Positions 35,692 to 46,574 of a stretch of DNA of 64,000 bases are shown here, in pieces. The position numbers and the translations under genes are program-made. This DNA comes from an uncultured delta proteobacterium (GTDB lineage: Bacteria > Desulfobacterota > Desulfuromonadia > Desulfuromonadales > CAWANI01): the NCBI GenBank assembly GCA_963783365.1, contig CAWANI010000009.1, positions 484,625-548,624 on the forward strand, read 5' to 3'. Positions within the stretch are counted from its first letter, which is position 1, and every line of letters starts with the position of its first letter. The notes under the pieces are model-generated. The model was given only the letters and a program-made list of their open reading frames with translations, made no database searches and was not told where the DNA came from.

Positions 35692-36864
35692 CTATTCCGG
35701 TTTCTCCCGCATGTACTCCAGCGAGGCGGTCCAGAAGGAAAGGTCGTACAGGGTCTTCTCGTACACCCGGGCATTCATGATGGCAATGCCGGCGATCTGG
35801 GCGAGAGCCACGAGGAAGGTCACCTCGTCATGGCTGTAACGGCGTTGTTCGGCTGCGTAGATCCGCAGCACCCCCACCACTCGCCGGTGAGCGGTGATCG
35901 GCAGGGAAAGGATCGAGGCGATCCCTTCGGCGATCGTCTCGGCCGGATACTCGAGACGTTTGTCGGTGGCCGTGTCGGCGACCAGCACGGGCTTGCCCTG
36001 CAGGGTTTCGCGAATGCTCCGGTCGGTGTGGGGCGGCCCTTTCTGCAGAAAGCGCGTGCTCAGTCCCTTCGAGGCGAGCAGTTCCAGTTCGCCGGTGGTT
36101 TCATTGATGAGCCGCAGGGCACAGCCCTTCACATTCAGGATGGCGATGATCTTGGCGACGATCAGCTCCATCACCTTCTGCGAGTCGAGGGTGGAGAGGA
36201 TTGCCTGGGTGACTTCGTGCAGGGTGCGGAAAAAGTCCAGGCTGCTGCCGGGGGAGATCGGCTCGAAGGCAAAGCTCTGCTCGTGGCCTTCAGGCGTTTC
36301 GGCCGGGGGCGGCAGTTCGACGCCGATTTCCTTGAGAAGGGCCGAGAGCTTGACCCCTTTGGTTTCACAGATGCGGGCGTTGGCGATGGCGAGGCCCCCC
36401 ATCTGCGCCAGAGCCGCCGCGAATTCGATCTCCTCGGCGCTGAAATCCCGGGGCTCGCACGTGTAGAGCCGCAGCACCCCGATGACCTTCTCCTTGGCGA
36501 TCACCGGCACCGAAAGGATGGTGTTGAGGCCCTCGTTGCGCAGGGCGTCGCGGTATTGCAGGCGGGGGTCGTCGAAGGCGTTCTTGACGCAGACCGCTTT
36601 CCCCTCCAGCACCTCGGGAATGCTTCGGTCCGCGCTCAGATCCCCCTTCTCCAGGTAGACCCGGCTCAGCCCATGGGCGGCCACCAGCTCGAGGCGGTTG
36701 GTTTTTTCATCCACCAGTCGCAACAGCCCGGCCTTGGTCCCGAGGGCAGCGACGGTCCGCTCCACCAGGGCATCGAGGGTCGGTTCGAGCGCAGGTGAAG
36801 AGAGAATCGACTGGGCCGCTTCGAAGAAAATCTGAAAATACTCACGCGCCTTCATTGGGGACAT
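35692..36864 (-). CDS. Tandem GAF-domain protein without output domain
   Basis: Two repeats of LRL..E.T..LEL.A..GLS..(Y/F)L.KG...GVLR.Y; GAGGAGG RBS. Confidence 0.85.
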   Translation of the reverse strand: MSPMKAREYFQIFFEAAQSILSSPALEPTLDALVERTVAALGTKAGLLRLVDEKTNRLELVAAHGLSRVYLEKGDLSADRSIPEVLEGKAVCVKNAFDDPRLQYRDALRNEGLNTILSVPVIAKEKVIGVLRLYTCEPRDFSAEEIEFAAALAQMGGLAIANARICETKGVKLSALLKEIGVELPPPAETPEGHEQSFAFEPISPGSSLDFFRTLHEVTQAILSTLDSQKVMELIVAKIIAILNVKGCALRLINETTGELELLASKGLSTRFLQKGPPHTDRSIRETLQGKPVLVADTATDKRLEYPAETIAEGIASILSLPITAHRRVVGVLRIYAAEQRRYSHDEVTFLVALAQIAGIAIMNARVYEKTLYDLSFWTASLEYMREKPE

Positions 36865-37145
36865 CGGATCTGGCCTCCTCGGGATTGGGGTTCGCCGCCT
36901 GGGGAGCTTGTAAGAACGGCATTGTTTCATTATAGGGGAAAACGGCGTGGATGAGAAGAGGATTCACCGAACGGGAAATTCGTCTCCTTTCGAGGGCAAA
37001 GGCCAAGGTGGAGATCCTTTTCATCCTGCAGGGGCGTTGGGGGTAAAAGCGTTAAATAATTTGCAAAAAACCTGTCGGGGCGATAAAAATATGATAGATT
37101 AAAATAACGTTTTGTCACGTCTTTGCAATTTTATCCGGAGCACCG

Positions 37146-38312
37146 ATGGCCACGCACGACTTGCTTCACCTGCGAAAGTTTGTGGCGCCGGAGTTCATTT
37201 TCGGCGCCGGGGCCCGCCATCTGGCCGGGCGCTATGCGCGGAACCTGGGTGGGCGCAAAGCCCTGGTGGTGACCGACCCGGGAGTCATCCGCGCCGGATG
37301 GGTAAGGGGTGTCACCGCCAGCCTGGAGGAGCAGGGGGTTGCCTTTGCCCTTTTTTCCGGAGTCAGCCCCAACCCCCGCGAAGAAGAGGTCATCGCCGGC
37401 ACCGAGGTTTACCGCCAGGAGGGGTGCAACCTTCTGATCGGGGTCGGCGGCGGCAGTCCGATGGACTGCGCCAAGGGGATCGGCGTTCTCTGCACCAACC
37501 CGCCTCCCCTCCGCCACTTCGAAGGGGTGGACCGGGTCGAAGCGCCGATGCCGCCGCTGATCTGCATTCCGACGACGGGGGGCACCTCGGCCGATGTTTC
37601 CCAGTTTGCCATCCTTCTGGATCAGCGGGAGAAGGTTAAATTCGCCATCATCAGCAAGTCGGTGGTTCCCGATGTCTCCCTGATCGATCCGGCGACCCTG
37701 ACCACCCTTTCGGCTGAACTGACCGCCTGTACCGGCATCGATGCCTTGGTCCATGCCATCGAGGCCTTCGTCTCCAGCGCCCATGCGGCGCTCACCGATC
37801 TGCACGCTCTTGAGGCGATCCGCCTGCTCCGTCGCAATCTTCTGCCCTCTCTCGCCGAGCCGGAAAACCTGGAGCTGCGGACCCGGATGATGATGGGAAG
37901 CCTGGAGGCCGGCCTGGCCTTTTCCAATGCCTGCCTGGGAGCGGTCCACGCCATGGCCCACAGCCTGGGGGGCCTCCTCGATCTGCCCCACGGCGAATGC
38001 AACGCCCTGCTGCTGTCGCACGTCATCGGATTCAATTTCGCGGCGGCCGTCGATCGCTACAAGGAGGTGGGGGCGGCCCTCGGCCTCGATCTGCGGGGGT
38101 TGAACGCAGCGCAAACCGCGGCGGCGATTCTGGCGGACCTTGAGACGCTGCGGCGGGAGGCGGGTCTGCGGGGGTCGCTGCGCACCCGGGGGGTAGGCTC
38201 CTCGGATATCCCCCTACTGGCCCGCAAGGCCCTGCAGGATCCCTGCGTGATCACCAATCCCCGCCGCCCGGGTCAGCGGGACCTGGAGGTCATCTATGAA
38301 GAAGCCCTCTGA
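37146..38312 (+). CDS. ercA: Iron-containing alcohol dehydrogenase-like regulatory protein
   Basis: [14 protein letters not shown]-terminus, [29 protein letters not shown]...PHG. Confidence 0.82.
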   Translation: MATHDLLHLRKFVAPEFIFGAGARHLAGRYARNLGGRKALVVTDPGVIRAGWVRGVTASLEEQGVAFALFSGVSPNPREEEVIAGTEVYRQEGCNLLIGVGGGSPMDCAKGIGVLCTNPPPLRHFEGVDRVEAPMPPLICIPTTGGTSADVSQFAILLDQREKVKFAIISKSVVPDVSLIDPATLTTLSAELTACTGIDALVHAIEAFVSSAHAALTDLHALEAIRLLRRNLLPSLAEPENLELRTRMMMGSLEAGLAFSNACLGAVHAMAHSLGGLLDLPHGECNALLLSHVIGFNFAAAVDRYKEVGAALGLDLRGLNAAQTAAAILADLETLRREAGLRGSLRTRGVGSSDIPLLARKALQDPCVITNPRRPGQRDLEVIYEEAL

Positions 38313-40072
38313 CCCCGGCGCTCGGGACGAATTGCTGGCCCGTCTCATCGGTCTCGGAGAGCACTCCTTTCAGAAAAGCTACTACCCCGAGCTGCAGCGC
38401 CGGCTGGCCGAGCTCGAACGGTTCCGCACCCTGCTGGACCAGGGGCACGACGGGATTTTTCTGATTCATGTCTCCTCCCGAAGTCTTGCCGATGTCAATC
38501 AGTCGGGGTGCCGGATGCTGGGATTCTCCCGGGAGGACCTCCTCGCCATGCCTCTCGACCGGCCCCCCCTGGCCTCCTCATTCGGTCACCTGCCGGAGTT
38601 TCTGACCGGGAGCGCGTCGGCCCCCGGAAACCAAACCATCCTTTCGGCCAATTTGGGGCCGCCTGAAGGCGAAAAGGTACCGGTGGAGATCACCCTGCGC
38701 TTCGTTCCCTTCGACGGCGATCTCTATGCGGTGGCGGTGGCTCGGGATGTCACCGAACGGCAGCGTGCCGAAAGGGAGATGCGGCAGCTGGCCTATTATG
38801 ACCGGATGACCGAGCTTCCCAACCGGCTGCTGTTCGAGGACCGTCTGCACCAGATCCTGGACCAGGCCCGCCGCTACGGCCATCGGGCCGCCTTGCTTTT
38901 TTTCGATCTGGACCGTTTCAAAAAGATCAACGATACGTTCGGGCATGCCGGAGGCGATCGGATGCTGGCCGTCGTCGGCCGGCGCCTGCGCGAAGGGCTG
39001 CGGGAAAGCGATGCGATCGGTCGGCTTGCCGGCGATGAATTCGCCGTTCTGCTCCCCGAGATCGACACGCTTCAAGAGGTGGTGGGGGTCGCTCAGAAAC
39101 TGCAGCACCTGCTCGCCGACCCTTTTCGGCTCGACGAAAAAGAGGTTTTCCTCGGCGCCAGTATCGGCATATCGCTTTTCCCCGATGACGGCGTCGACGG
39201 CGAGACCCTGTTGCGACATGCCGACCTGGCCATGTATGCGGCCAAGGAAGGCGGGCGCAACACCTTCCAGTTTTTCGCCCCCGAGATGAATCTGCGGATC
39301 CGCGAAAAGCAGCGGCTCGAGGCCGGTCTGCGTCGTGCGCTGCAGGAGGGGGAGCTTTTTTTGCACTACCAGCCGCAGCTCGATCTGGCCGCCGGTCGGG
39401 TCAGCGGCGCCGAGGCGCTGCTGCGCTGGCGGAAACCCGACGGCGAGCGAATTTCACCCGAGCAGTTCATTCCCCTGGCCGAGGAAACCGGGCTGATCCG
39501 CCCTATCGGCGAATGGGTGCTGGAAACGGCCTGTCTTCAGGTGCGGACCTGGTTGCGGGCGGGTTGTTCCGCCGCTAAGGGTGGCGGTAAACCTCTCGGG
39601 GCAGCAGGTCAAGCAACCCGATTTTATCGATGTGGTCGACCGCATTCTGGCTAAGACGGGTCTCGACCCTCGTTACCTCGAGCTGGAACTGACCGAAAGC
39701 ATCCTCATGGCCGACGTGGATGCCACCATCAATCTGCTGACCGATCTCAAGGCCCGCGGCATCCAGCTTGCCATCGACGACTTCGGCACCGGCTACTCTT
39801 CCCTCAGCTACTTGAAGAATTTCCCCATCGATCGCATCAAGATCGATCGCTCCTTCGTTCGGGAGATCGCCACCGACGCCGATGCCGCCGCCATCGTCCA
39901 GACCGTCATTGCCATGGCGAAGCATCTCAACTTGCAGGTGATAGCCGAAGGGGTGGAAACGCGGGAGCAGGCGCAATATCTTCTCGGCCAGAACTGTTTC
40001 GAGATGCAGGGTTTTTACTTCGGCCGGCCGATGCCGGCAGAGAACCTGGCCTGGTTCCTGGCGTCCCGTTGA
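38296..40072 (+). CDS. PAS-GGDEF-EAL c-di-GMP enzyme (frameshift near 39575)
   Basis: [17 protein letters not shown] leader, [37 protein letters not shown]. Confidence 0.9.
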
Positions 40073-40126
40073 GTGAGGATTTCATTTTACAAAGAGGAAA
40101 ACAAGATCCCCATAAAGGCTCCATCG

Positions 40127-41425
40127 ATGACGACCCAGACCCCCGGCGAAAGCGGGGACTCCAAAACCCGCGCCGCGGCGACCGAGGTCCTCGCGGGTTC
40201 CGGTCGGCAGGGGACGTTCGCGCGCCTGCTGCCCTTTCTCGGTCCGGCCTTCATCGCCAGCATCGCCTACGTCGATCCGGGCAACTTCGCCACCAATATC
40301 CAGGGGGGGGCCAAGTTCGGCTACACGCTGCTGTGGGTGGTGGTGGCCAGCAATCTGATGGCGATGCTGGTCCAGGCCCTCTCGGCCAAGCTCGGGATCG
40401 CCACCGGCTGCAATCTGGCCGAACTCTGCCGCCGCCACTTTTCCCGCCCGGTGGTCTGGGGGATGTGGGTGGTCATGGAGCTGGTGGCGATGGCCACCGA
40501 CCTGGCCGAGTTCGTCGGCGCGGCCCTGGGGTTCAATCTGCTGTTCGGCATGTCCCTGTGGGCGGCCGGGCTGGTCACCGCCGTGGCCACCTTTCTCATT
40601 CTGGCCCTGCAGTCCCGGGGCTTTCGCCCGCTGGAGGCGGTCATCACCGCCCTGCTGGGGGTCATCGCCTTCTGCTACGTCGTCGAAACCCTTCTCGGCA
40701 GGCCCGATTGGGGCCAGGTGGCCTTTCATGCCGTCGTTCCCCAGTTTGCCGGAGCGGAGAGCGTCCTGCTGGCCACCGGCATTCTCGGCGCCACCATCAT
40801 GCCCCACGTGATCTTTCTGCACTCCTCGCTGACCCAGGGGCGCATTGTTGCCAACCAGCCGCAACAGAAGCGCCGTCTGTTTTTTTTCGAGGTGGCCGAC
40901 GTCACCATCGCCATGGGGGTGGCCGGGTTCGTCAATGCCGCCATGCTGATGATGGCCGCCGCCACCTTTCATCAGCGGGGCCTGAGCCACATCGCCACCA
41001 TCGAGGAGGCCTATCGCACCCTGGAGCCGCTGCTCGGACGAGCGGCCGGCTGGGTCTTCGCCATCTCCCTGCTGGCGGCGGGCCTGGCTTCGACCACGGT
41101 GGGAACCATGGCCGGCCAGGTCATCATGCAGGGATTTCTGGAGCGGCACATCCCGGTGTGGCTGCGCCGCCTGGTCACCATCGTTCCCTCCCTGGTGGTC
41201 ATCTTCCTCGGCCTCGACCCCACCCGCACCCTGGTCATCAGCCAGGTCGTGCTCAGCTTCGGTCTGCCCTTCGCGGTGGTCCCGCTGGTGCTGTTCACCC
41301 GGCGCCGGGATCTGATGGGAGAGCTGGTCAACTGGCGCCTCACGACCTGGCTTGCCTGGACGGTCGCCATTCTCATCATCACCTTGAATCTGTACCTGAT
41401 CACCCAATCCCTGTGGGGAGGATGA
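40127..41425 (+). CDS. mntH: Nramp divalent metal transporter
   Basis: YVDPGN and GATIMPH motifs. Confidence 0.93.
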   Translation: MTTQTPGESGDSKTRAAATEVLAGSGRQGTFARLLPFLGPAFIASIAYVDPGNFATNIQGGAKFGYTLLWVVVASNLMAMLVQALSAKLGIATGCNLAELCRRHFSRPVVWGMWVVMELVAMATDLAEFVGAALGFNLLFGMSLWAAGLVTAVATFLILALQSRGFRPLEAVITALLGVIAFCYVVETLLGRPDWGQVAFHAVVPQFAGAESVLLATGILGATIMPHVIFLHSSLTQGRIVANQPQQKRRLFFFEVADVTIAMGVAGFVNAAMLMMAAATFHQRGLSHIATIEEAYRTLEPLLGRAAGWVFAISLLAAGLASTTVGTMAGQVIMQGFLERHIPVWLRRLVTIVPSLVVIFLGLDPTRTLVISQVVLSFGLPFAVVPLVLFTRRRDLMGELVNWRLTTWLAWTVAILIITLNLYLITQSLWGG

Positions 41426-41428
41426 GCC

Positions 41429-42325
41429 ATGATCCAACACCTTTTGGTTCCCCTGGACGGATCCCATCTGGCCGAGGCGGCCCTGCCGGCGGCTTCGGTG
41501 CTGGCGCGGGCGGTGAATGCCCGGATCACCCTGCTGCATCTGCTCGAAAGAGATGCGCCTGCCTCAGTGCATGGCGAACCCCACCTGACCGGGGCCCATG
41601 AGGCCGAAATCTACCTGCAGACCCTCCGGCGGGAGTCCCTGCCCGCCGATCTCCAGGTCGCCTGCCACGTTCACGCCCCGGCCGTCGCCGATGTCGCCGG
41701 TGGCATCGCCGCCCATCTGCGGGAGCTGCACCCCGACCTGATCGTTATGTGCACTCATGGCCCGACAGGGCTCGGCCGCCTGTTGCGGGGCAGTCTCGCC
41801 CAGCAGGTGGTGGCGCACGGATCGACGCCGCTTCTTCTGGTGCGGGCGGAAGCGGTCGCCGCGGGCAAGCCCCTGGCTCTGCGCCGCCTGCTCGTGCCCC
41901 TGGACGGAATGCCGGAACACGAAGGGGGGCTGGTGCTTGCCACCGAGTTGGCCGAGGCGGGCAAGGGCCGGCTGCATCTGCTCTCGGTGGTCCCCTCGAC
42001 GCTGGCTCTGGCCGGGCGCGATGCCACCCTCTCGCGGTTTATGCCCGGATCCACCCAGGCGCTGCAGGAAATGGCCGCCGCCAGCCTCGAGGATTATCTG
42101 AAAAAGCAGCAGGTCCGACTGGAGGGACGGGGCATCGAAACCACGATTGAGGTCTGTACCGGCAAAACGGCCGAGCTGGTGGTGCAGAAAGCGGAGGCCG
42201 TCGATGCCGATCTGATCGTGCTGGCCACCCACGGCAAAATCGGTACGCGCGCCTTCTGGGCCAACAGCGCCGCGGTGCGGGTTCAGGCGGAGACCCACCA
42301 TCCTCTGCTCCTCGTTCCGGTGTGA
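41429..42325 (+). CDS. Tandem universal stress protein
   Basis: Two LLVPLDG domains; THG...GS.A; follows mntH. Confidence 0.9.
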   Translation: MIQHLLVPLDGSHLAEAALPAASVLARAVNARITLLHLLERDAPASVHGEPHLTGAHEAEIYLQTLRRESLPADLQVACHVHAPAVADVAGGIAAHLRELHPDLIVMCTHGPTGLGRLLRGSLAQQVVAHGSTPLLLVRAEAVAAGKPLALRRLLVPLDGMPEHEGGLVLATELAEAGKGRLHLLSVVPSTLALAGRDATLSRFMPGSTQALQEMAAASLEDYLKKQQVRLEGRGIETTIEVCTGKTAELVVQKAEAVDADLIVLATHGKIGTRAFWANSAAVRVQAETHHPLLLVPV

Positions 42326-42359
42326 AGGATTAAGACTCCTTCGAAGGAAGAGGGAGGAG

Positions 42360-42632
42360 TCAGGGGGCGGGAGGTTTGCGCTGCGATCCTTCGAGCTTTT
42401 CGAGGGTCGCCCGGAGAATGGTGTCGTCGACCCCCATGCCGAGGTAGCCGGTCTGGGCGTAGGTGTCGTAGTCGGGCAGCTGCTCGAGAAGAAGAAGCAA
42501 AAGGTCGCGGCTGTTGCGGTAGCGCTGCGGGTGCTCGGCGATGGACAAAATCCGCCGGGCGAAGCAATCGGGCAGCTCGTTCTCTTCCTGGGCCTGCAAA
42601 GTCGCCAGACGCAGCCGGGCAAAAAGATCCAT
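42360..42632 (-). CDS. Small helical hypothetical protein (paralogue B)
   Basis: GGAGG RBS; aligns without gaps to the upstream ORF. Confidence 0.8.
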   Translation of the reverse strand: MDLFARLRLATLQAQEENELPDCFARRILSIAEHPQRYRNSRDLLLLLLEQLPDYDTYAQTGYLGMGVDDTILRATLEKLEGSQRKPPAP

Positions 42633-42662
42633 TCCCTCCTCCGTTGTTTTGACCCCCTCTGA

Positions 42663-42911
42663 TTATTCGGCTATTTTCTGCAACGTTCGCTCGATATCGT
42701 GACTGTCGAATGCCCACTTGCAGCAGCCGGCTTCGGCGTAGGGTGAGTACTCCTCGACCTGCGAGAGCAGTACCTCGAGGAGGTATTCCTTGTCGCCATA
42801 CTGATCCGGCGCCATTAAAATGGCCCGGATTTCCTCCGTCAGCCGATCGGGCAGGCTGTCGTTTCCCCTCTGTTCGCTCAAAGCCTCTTCCAGACGGTCG
42901 AAAATAGTCAT
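42663..42911 (-). CDS. Small acidic helical hypothetical protein (paralogue A, YAEAGCC motif; possibly GSU3529-like)
   Basis: GAGGAG RBS; 23 bp after the cysteine desulfurase stop. Confidence 0.8.
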   Translation of the reverse strand: MTIFDRLEEALSEQRGNDSLPDRLTEEIRAILMAPDQYGDKEYLLEVLLSQVEEYSPYAEAGCCKWAFDSHDIERTLQKIAE

Positions 42912-42934
42912 CGGCTGCTCCTCTCGGATTCGGA

Positions 42935-44071
42935 TTATTCCCTTCGCAATCGCTGCAGGATAGAGATGACCTCGTCCCAGTCGACCTTTTCGGTCAGGTG
43001 GCACCAGGAGATCCGGAAAGAACAGGCGGCCAATTCTTTCGGGACGCCCATGGCCCGCAGCACATGGCTCGGCTCGGCGGAACCGGCGGTACAGGCCGAG
43101 GTCGCCGAAACGGCAATGACCTCTTTGAGAGCTGAAATCGACCGGCTCGCGGAAATCCCGGGAAAAGCCAGATTCAGGGTGTGGGGCAGACAGAAAGAGG
43201 GGGCGCCGTGGATGACCGGTTCCAGCGGAAGAAGGGCCTCCAGGGCTTTAGTGCGGAAGGTGAGACAGGCCTCCCGCCGCGCCGCGGCAAACCGGCCGGC
43301 CAGTTTGGCGGCTTCGCCGAATCCGACGATGAGCGGCACCGGCAGGGTGCCGGGGCGCAGCCCCTGTTCCTGGCCGCCGCCCGCCATCAGAGGCTCCAAG
43401 GGCGGACGCTCGCGTCCCCGCCGGCGCAGGGCGAGGGCGCCGACCCCTTTCGGCCCATAGATCTTGTGTGCCGAGACCGAGAGCAGATCGATGCGCTCCA
43501 GGCGGCAGCCCTCCAGGTCCTTGCCGAACCCCTGGGCGGCGTCGACATGCCAGAGGGCCGGATGGTCCTGGAGAAGGGCCGCCATCTCCTCCAGCGGTTG
43601 ACGGATGCCCGTCTCGTTGTTCACCTGCATCAGGGAGATCAGAAAAGTGTCGGGGCGCAGGGCCTTCGCCAGGGCCTGCGGATCGGTGTAGCCGGCGGAT
43701 GTTGTGGGCAGGAATTCGACGGTAAAGCCTTTTCTTTCGAGCCACTGCAGAGGTTCGAGGACGGACTTGTGTTCCGCTGCCGAACTAAGGATGTGTTTTC
43801 GGCCGCTTCTTTCGCCGAAGGCCGCCAAACCGAGCAAGGCAAGGTTGTTGGCCTCCGTGGCGCCACTGGTGAAGATGACGTCCTCCGGGCGAACGGCGAG
43901 CAGTCGGGCAATCTGCAGGCGGGCATGTTCGACCGCCAGACGCGCCCACTCGCCGAAGGAGTGGATCGGGCTTGCAGCATTGCCGTAATCGGTGGTGAGG
44001 AACCGCTGCATCCTTTCAATCACAGCAGGCTCCATGGGCGTGGTCGCGTTGCAGTCAAGGTAGATCGGCAC
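42935..44071 (-). CDS. Class I cysteine desulfurase (IscS/DndA-like)
   Basis: YLDCNATTP, FTSGATEANN, HVDAAQ, SAHKIYGPKG, catalytic ATSACT...PSHVL. Confidence 0.92.
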   Translation of the reverse strand: MPIYLDCNATTPMEPAVIERMQRFLTTDYGNAASPIHSFGEWARLAVEHARLQIARLLAVRPEDVIFTSGATEANNLALLGLAAFGERSGRKHILSSAAEHKSVLEPLQWLERKGFTVEFLPTTSAGYTDPQALAKALRPDTFLISLMQVNNETGIRQPLEEMAALLQDHPALWHVDAAQGFGKDLEGCRLERIDLLSVSAHKIYGPKGVGALALRRRGRERPPLEPLMAGGGQEQGLRPGTLPVPLIVGFGEAAKLAGRFAAARREACLTFRTKALEALLPLEPVIHGAPSFCLPHTLNLAFPGISASRSISALKEVIAVSATSACTAGSAEPSHVLRAMGVPKELAACSFRISWCHLTEKVDWDEVISILQRLRRE

Positions 44072-44135
44072 GGCTGAAGCCTCTCACATGAAAGGGACGG
44101 GGAAGGCCTTTCTTCTTTTGCCAATCCTTTGTAAA

Positions 44136-44164
44136 ATCTTAAAAATTAAACGGATTTTTGTCAA
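44136..44164 (-). promoter_or_regulatory. Sigma70-like promoter for the desulfurase operon
   Basis: TTGACA-17nt-TAAGAT. Confidence 0.6.
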
Positions 44165-44365
44165 GAAAAGCCTGAGTTTTGCCCATTGCAAATTGATCCG
44201 GGCGAGGCATAATTTTTTTACAAGGCTGCTACGAAAATAAGCGCTGCTCCGAGTCCTTGCCGTGGCGAAGGGGCCCTTTTTCGTGCCTCTGCGACGAGGA
44301 AGCAGTTGCTCTGAAAGAAGTTGCTTTGTAACGCGTTTTTCTCAAACTTCCCAAGGGGATACGCC

Positions 44366-45037
44366 ATGATACGTTCCGGTATTCTACTCATATTAACAGC
44401 GTTTCTTGCCGCCTGCACTTACCACCCTTCTTTGCCGTCACGGGCGGCCGCAGCCCCGACGCCTTACCATTTGTCTCTCGGGTTTTCTTCGGCCCTGCCT
44501 TCCACCTATACGGTAACCACCGGACCGATGCAGACCTATCAGGGTTACCCCGTGAATGCCTGGGCCCGGGCCCTGCTGGACGAGGAAGTCACCCGCCGCT
44601 CTTCTGCGGAGTCCGGCGAATCGGCCGAGGTGAACGTGCGCCTTCTCTCACTCAAAACCACCTATCATGAAATGGGGCAGGTCCGTCGCCACACTTCTCC
44701 CGGCAGGGTGCGTCTGGCACTGGCGTCCGCGGCCGTCGGCCCTTCGGGGGAGGTGTTCGTGGACGACTTCGATGGCCACGGTGACGGTGGCGAGCGTCCC
44801 TATCTGGTGATAAAAAAGGCCTTTCTCCGTGCCGAGGTGCAGATCCGTTCGCCGGGGCGAACCCTGGCGCACCAGACCGTGGAGGTGGAGGCGACGGACC
44901 AGGTGCGCTACGATGACGTCTTCCCCCACTTCTACGACTATGATCGGGTCCTGTTGCGGGTTTTGCACCATCTTGTCCGGCAGGTGGACGGCCTTATTAC
45001 CCAAACCCTCGGTGTCCGCTCGGGGCAGGGAGGCTGA
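44366..45037 (+). CDS. Hypothetical lipoprotein
   Basis: LAAC lipobox; no recognised domain. Confidence 0.7.
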   Translation: MIRSGILLILTAFLAACTYHPSLPSRAAAAPTPYHLSLGFSSALPSTYTVTTGPMQTYQGYPVNAWARALLDEEVTRRSSAESGESAEVNVRLLSLKTTYHEMGQVRRHTSPGRVRLALASAAVGPSGEVFVDDFDGHGDGGERPYLVIKKAFLRAEVQIRSPGRTLAHQTVEVEATDQVRYDDVFPHFYDYDRVLLRVLHHLVRQVDGLITQTLGVRSGQGG

Positions 45038-45055
45038 CACCTCACCCCGATTGAC

Positions 45056-45100
45056 GAAAAGAAAAGGCCCGGCCCCCCGTAATGGGGGGCCGGGCCTTGT
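45056..45100. terminator. Terminator between convergent genes
   Basis: AAGGCCCGGCCCCCC-GTAAT-GGGGGGCCGGGCCTT with A-runs on the left. Confidence 0.8.
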
Positions 45101-45118
45101 TGCTGAAGACGGAAGGTC

Positions 45119-46402
45119 TTACAGACCCTTGAAGGCCCTGCGTGCGGCCTCGATGGTGCGGTCGAGCTCCTCGGTGGAATGGGCGGCGCTCATGAAGCCG
45201 GCCTCGAACTGGGAGGGGGCGAGGTTGATCCCGGCCTCGAGCATGGCGCGGAAGAAGACGCCGAAGCGCTCGGTGTCGCTTTTGGCGGCGTCGGCGAAGG
45301 AGGAGACCGGTCCGGCGGTGAAAAAGGTGCAGAACATGCCGCCGACCCGCTGGAAACAGGTCGGGATCGGCGCTTCCTTGGCCGCCTCGGTCAAGCCTTT
45401 TTCCAGGTAGGCGCTCTTCTCCTCGATCCGATCGTAAAAGCCTTCTTCTTTCAAGAGCTTCAGCGTGGCGATACCGGCGTTCATGGCCAGGGGATTGCCC
45501 GACAGGGTCCCCGCCTGGTAGATCCCCCCTTCGGGAGAGAGCTGGTCCATCAGCTCCTGTTTGCCGCCGAAGGCGCCGACCGGCAGGCCGCCGCCGATGA
45601 TCTTGCCCAGGCAGACCAGATCGCCGCGCACTCCGAAGCGCTCCTGCGCTCCGCCGTAGGCGACCCGAAATCCGGTCATGACCTCGTCGACGATGAGAAC
45701 GATGTCCTCCTTGGTGCAGAGCTCGCGCAAACCCTCCAGAAAGCCCGCTTTCGGGGGGACGCACCCCATGTTGCCGGCCACCGCTTCGAGGATGATGCAG
45801 GCGATCTGCCCCCGGTTGGCTTCGACCAGGGCGCGGACCTCAGCCAGATCGTTGTAGGTGGCGGTCAGGGTATGCTTGGCGAAATCGGCCGGTACGCCCG
45901 GCGAGGTGGGGACCCCGAAGGTGGCGGCACCGCTGCCGGCCTTGACCAGCAGGCTGTCGGCGTGACCGTGATAGCAGCCGTCGAACTTGAGGATCTTGTC
46001 GCGGCCGGTCGCTCCGCGGGCGAGGCGGATGGCGCTCATGGTCGCTTCGGTTCCCGAGGAGACCATGCGGACCTTCTCGATGTTGGGATAGGCTTCGCAG
46101 ACCATCTCCGCCAGTTCGATCTCGCTCGGAGTGGGGGCGCCGAAGGAAGCGCCGTCGCCGGCCGCCCGGCGGATCGCCTCGACCACCTTGGGATGGCAGT
46201 GCCCGAGGATCATCGGCCCCCAGGATCCGACATAGTCGATGAAGCTGTTGCCATCGACGTCGATGATGCGGGAGCCCTCGGCACGGGCGATGAAGAGCGG
46301 ATCGCCCCCTACTGATTTGAAAGCCCGCACCGGGCTGTTGACCCCGCCGGGGATGACGCGCTTGGCCTGGGTGAAATATTCTTTCGATTTGAGATGTTTC
46401 AT
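45119..46402 (-). CDS. hemL: Glutamate-1-semialdehyde 2,1-aminomutase
   Basis: [44 protein letters not shown]. Confidence 0.97.
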   Translation of the reverse strand: MKHLKSKEYFTQAKRVIPGGVNSPVRAFKSVGGDPLFIARAEGSRIIDVDGNSFIDYVGSWGPMILGHCHPKVVEAIRRAAGDGASFGAPTPSEIELAEMVCEAYPNIEKVRMVSSGTEATMSAIRLARGATGRDKILKFDGCYHGHADSLLVKAGSGAATFGVPTSPGVPADFAKHTLTATYNDLAEVRALVEANRGQIACIILEAVAGNMGCVPPKAGFLEGLRELCTKEDIVLIVDEVMTGFRVAYGGAQERFGVRGDLVCLGKIIGGGLPVGAFGGKQELMDQLSPEGGIYQAGTLSGNPLAMNAGIATLKLLKEEGFYDRIEEKSAYLEKGLTEAAKEAPIPTCFQRVGGMFCTFFTAGPVSSFADAAKSDTERFGVFFRAMLEAGINLAPSQFEAGFMSAAHSTEELDRTIEAARRAFKGL

Positions 46403-46427
46403 GACGCCCCCTTTGAAATCAAAGATT

Positions 46428-46574
46428 GTTGGGTTCGCAAAATTGTGCGCTCGCAACAAGCAAGCGACAGGCTCTGGGTATCTTAAAGCCGTAAATATAA
46501 TGGCGGCAACGCAGCAGTTGGTGGATTTTTGCTTACCCATCCACACATTTGGCTTTCTTGCGAAAGCATCAAAT
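46428..46574 (-). repeat. About 150-bp intergenic repeat, diverged copy 2
   Basis: Reverse complement begins ATTTGATGCTTTCGCAAG...GGATGGGTAAGCAAAAAT as in copy 1. Confidence 0.55.

Noticed and set aside
42935-44071. dndA of a DNA phosphorothioation system
   Set aside because: No dndBCDE or ssp genes in the window; kept only as a generic cysteine desulfurase
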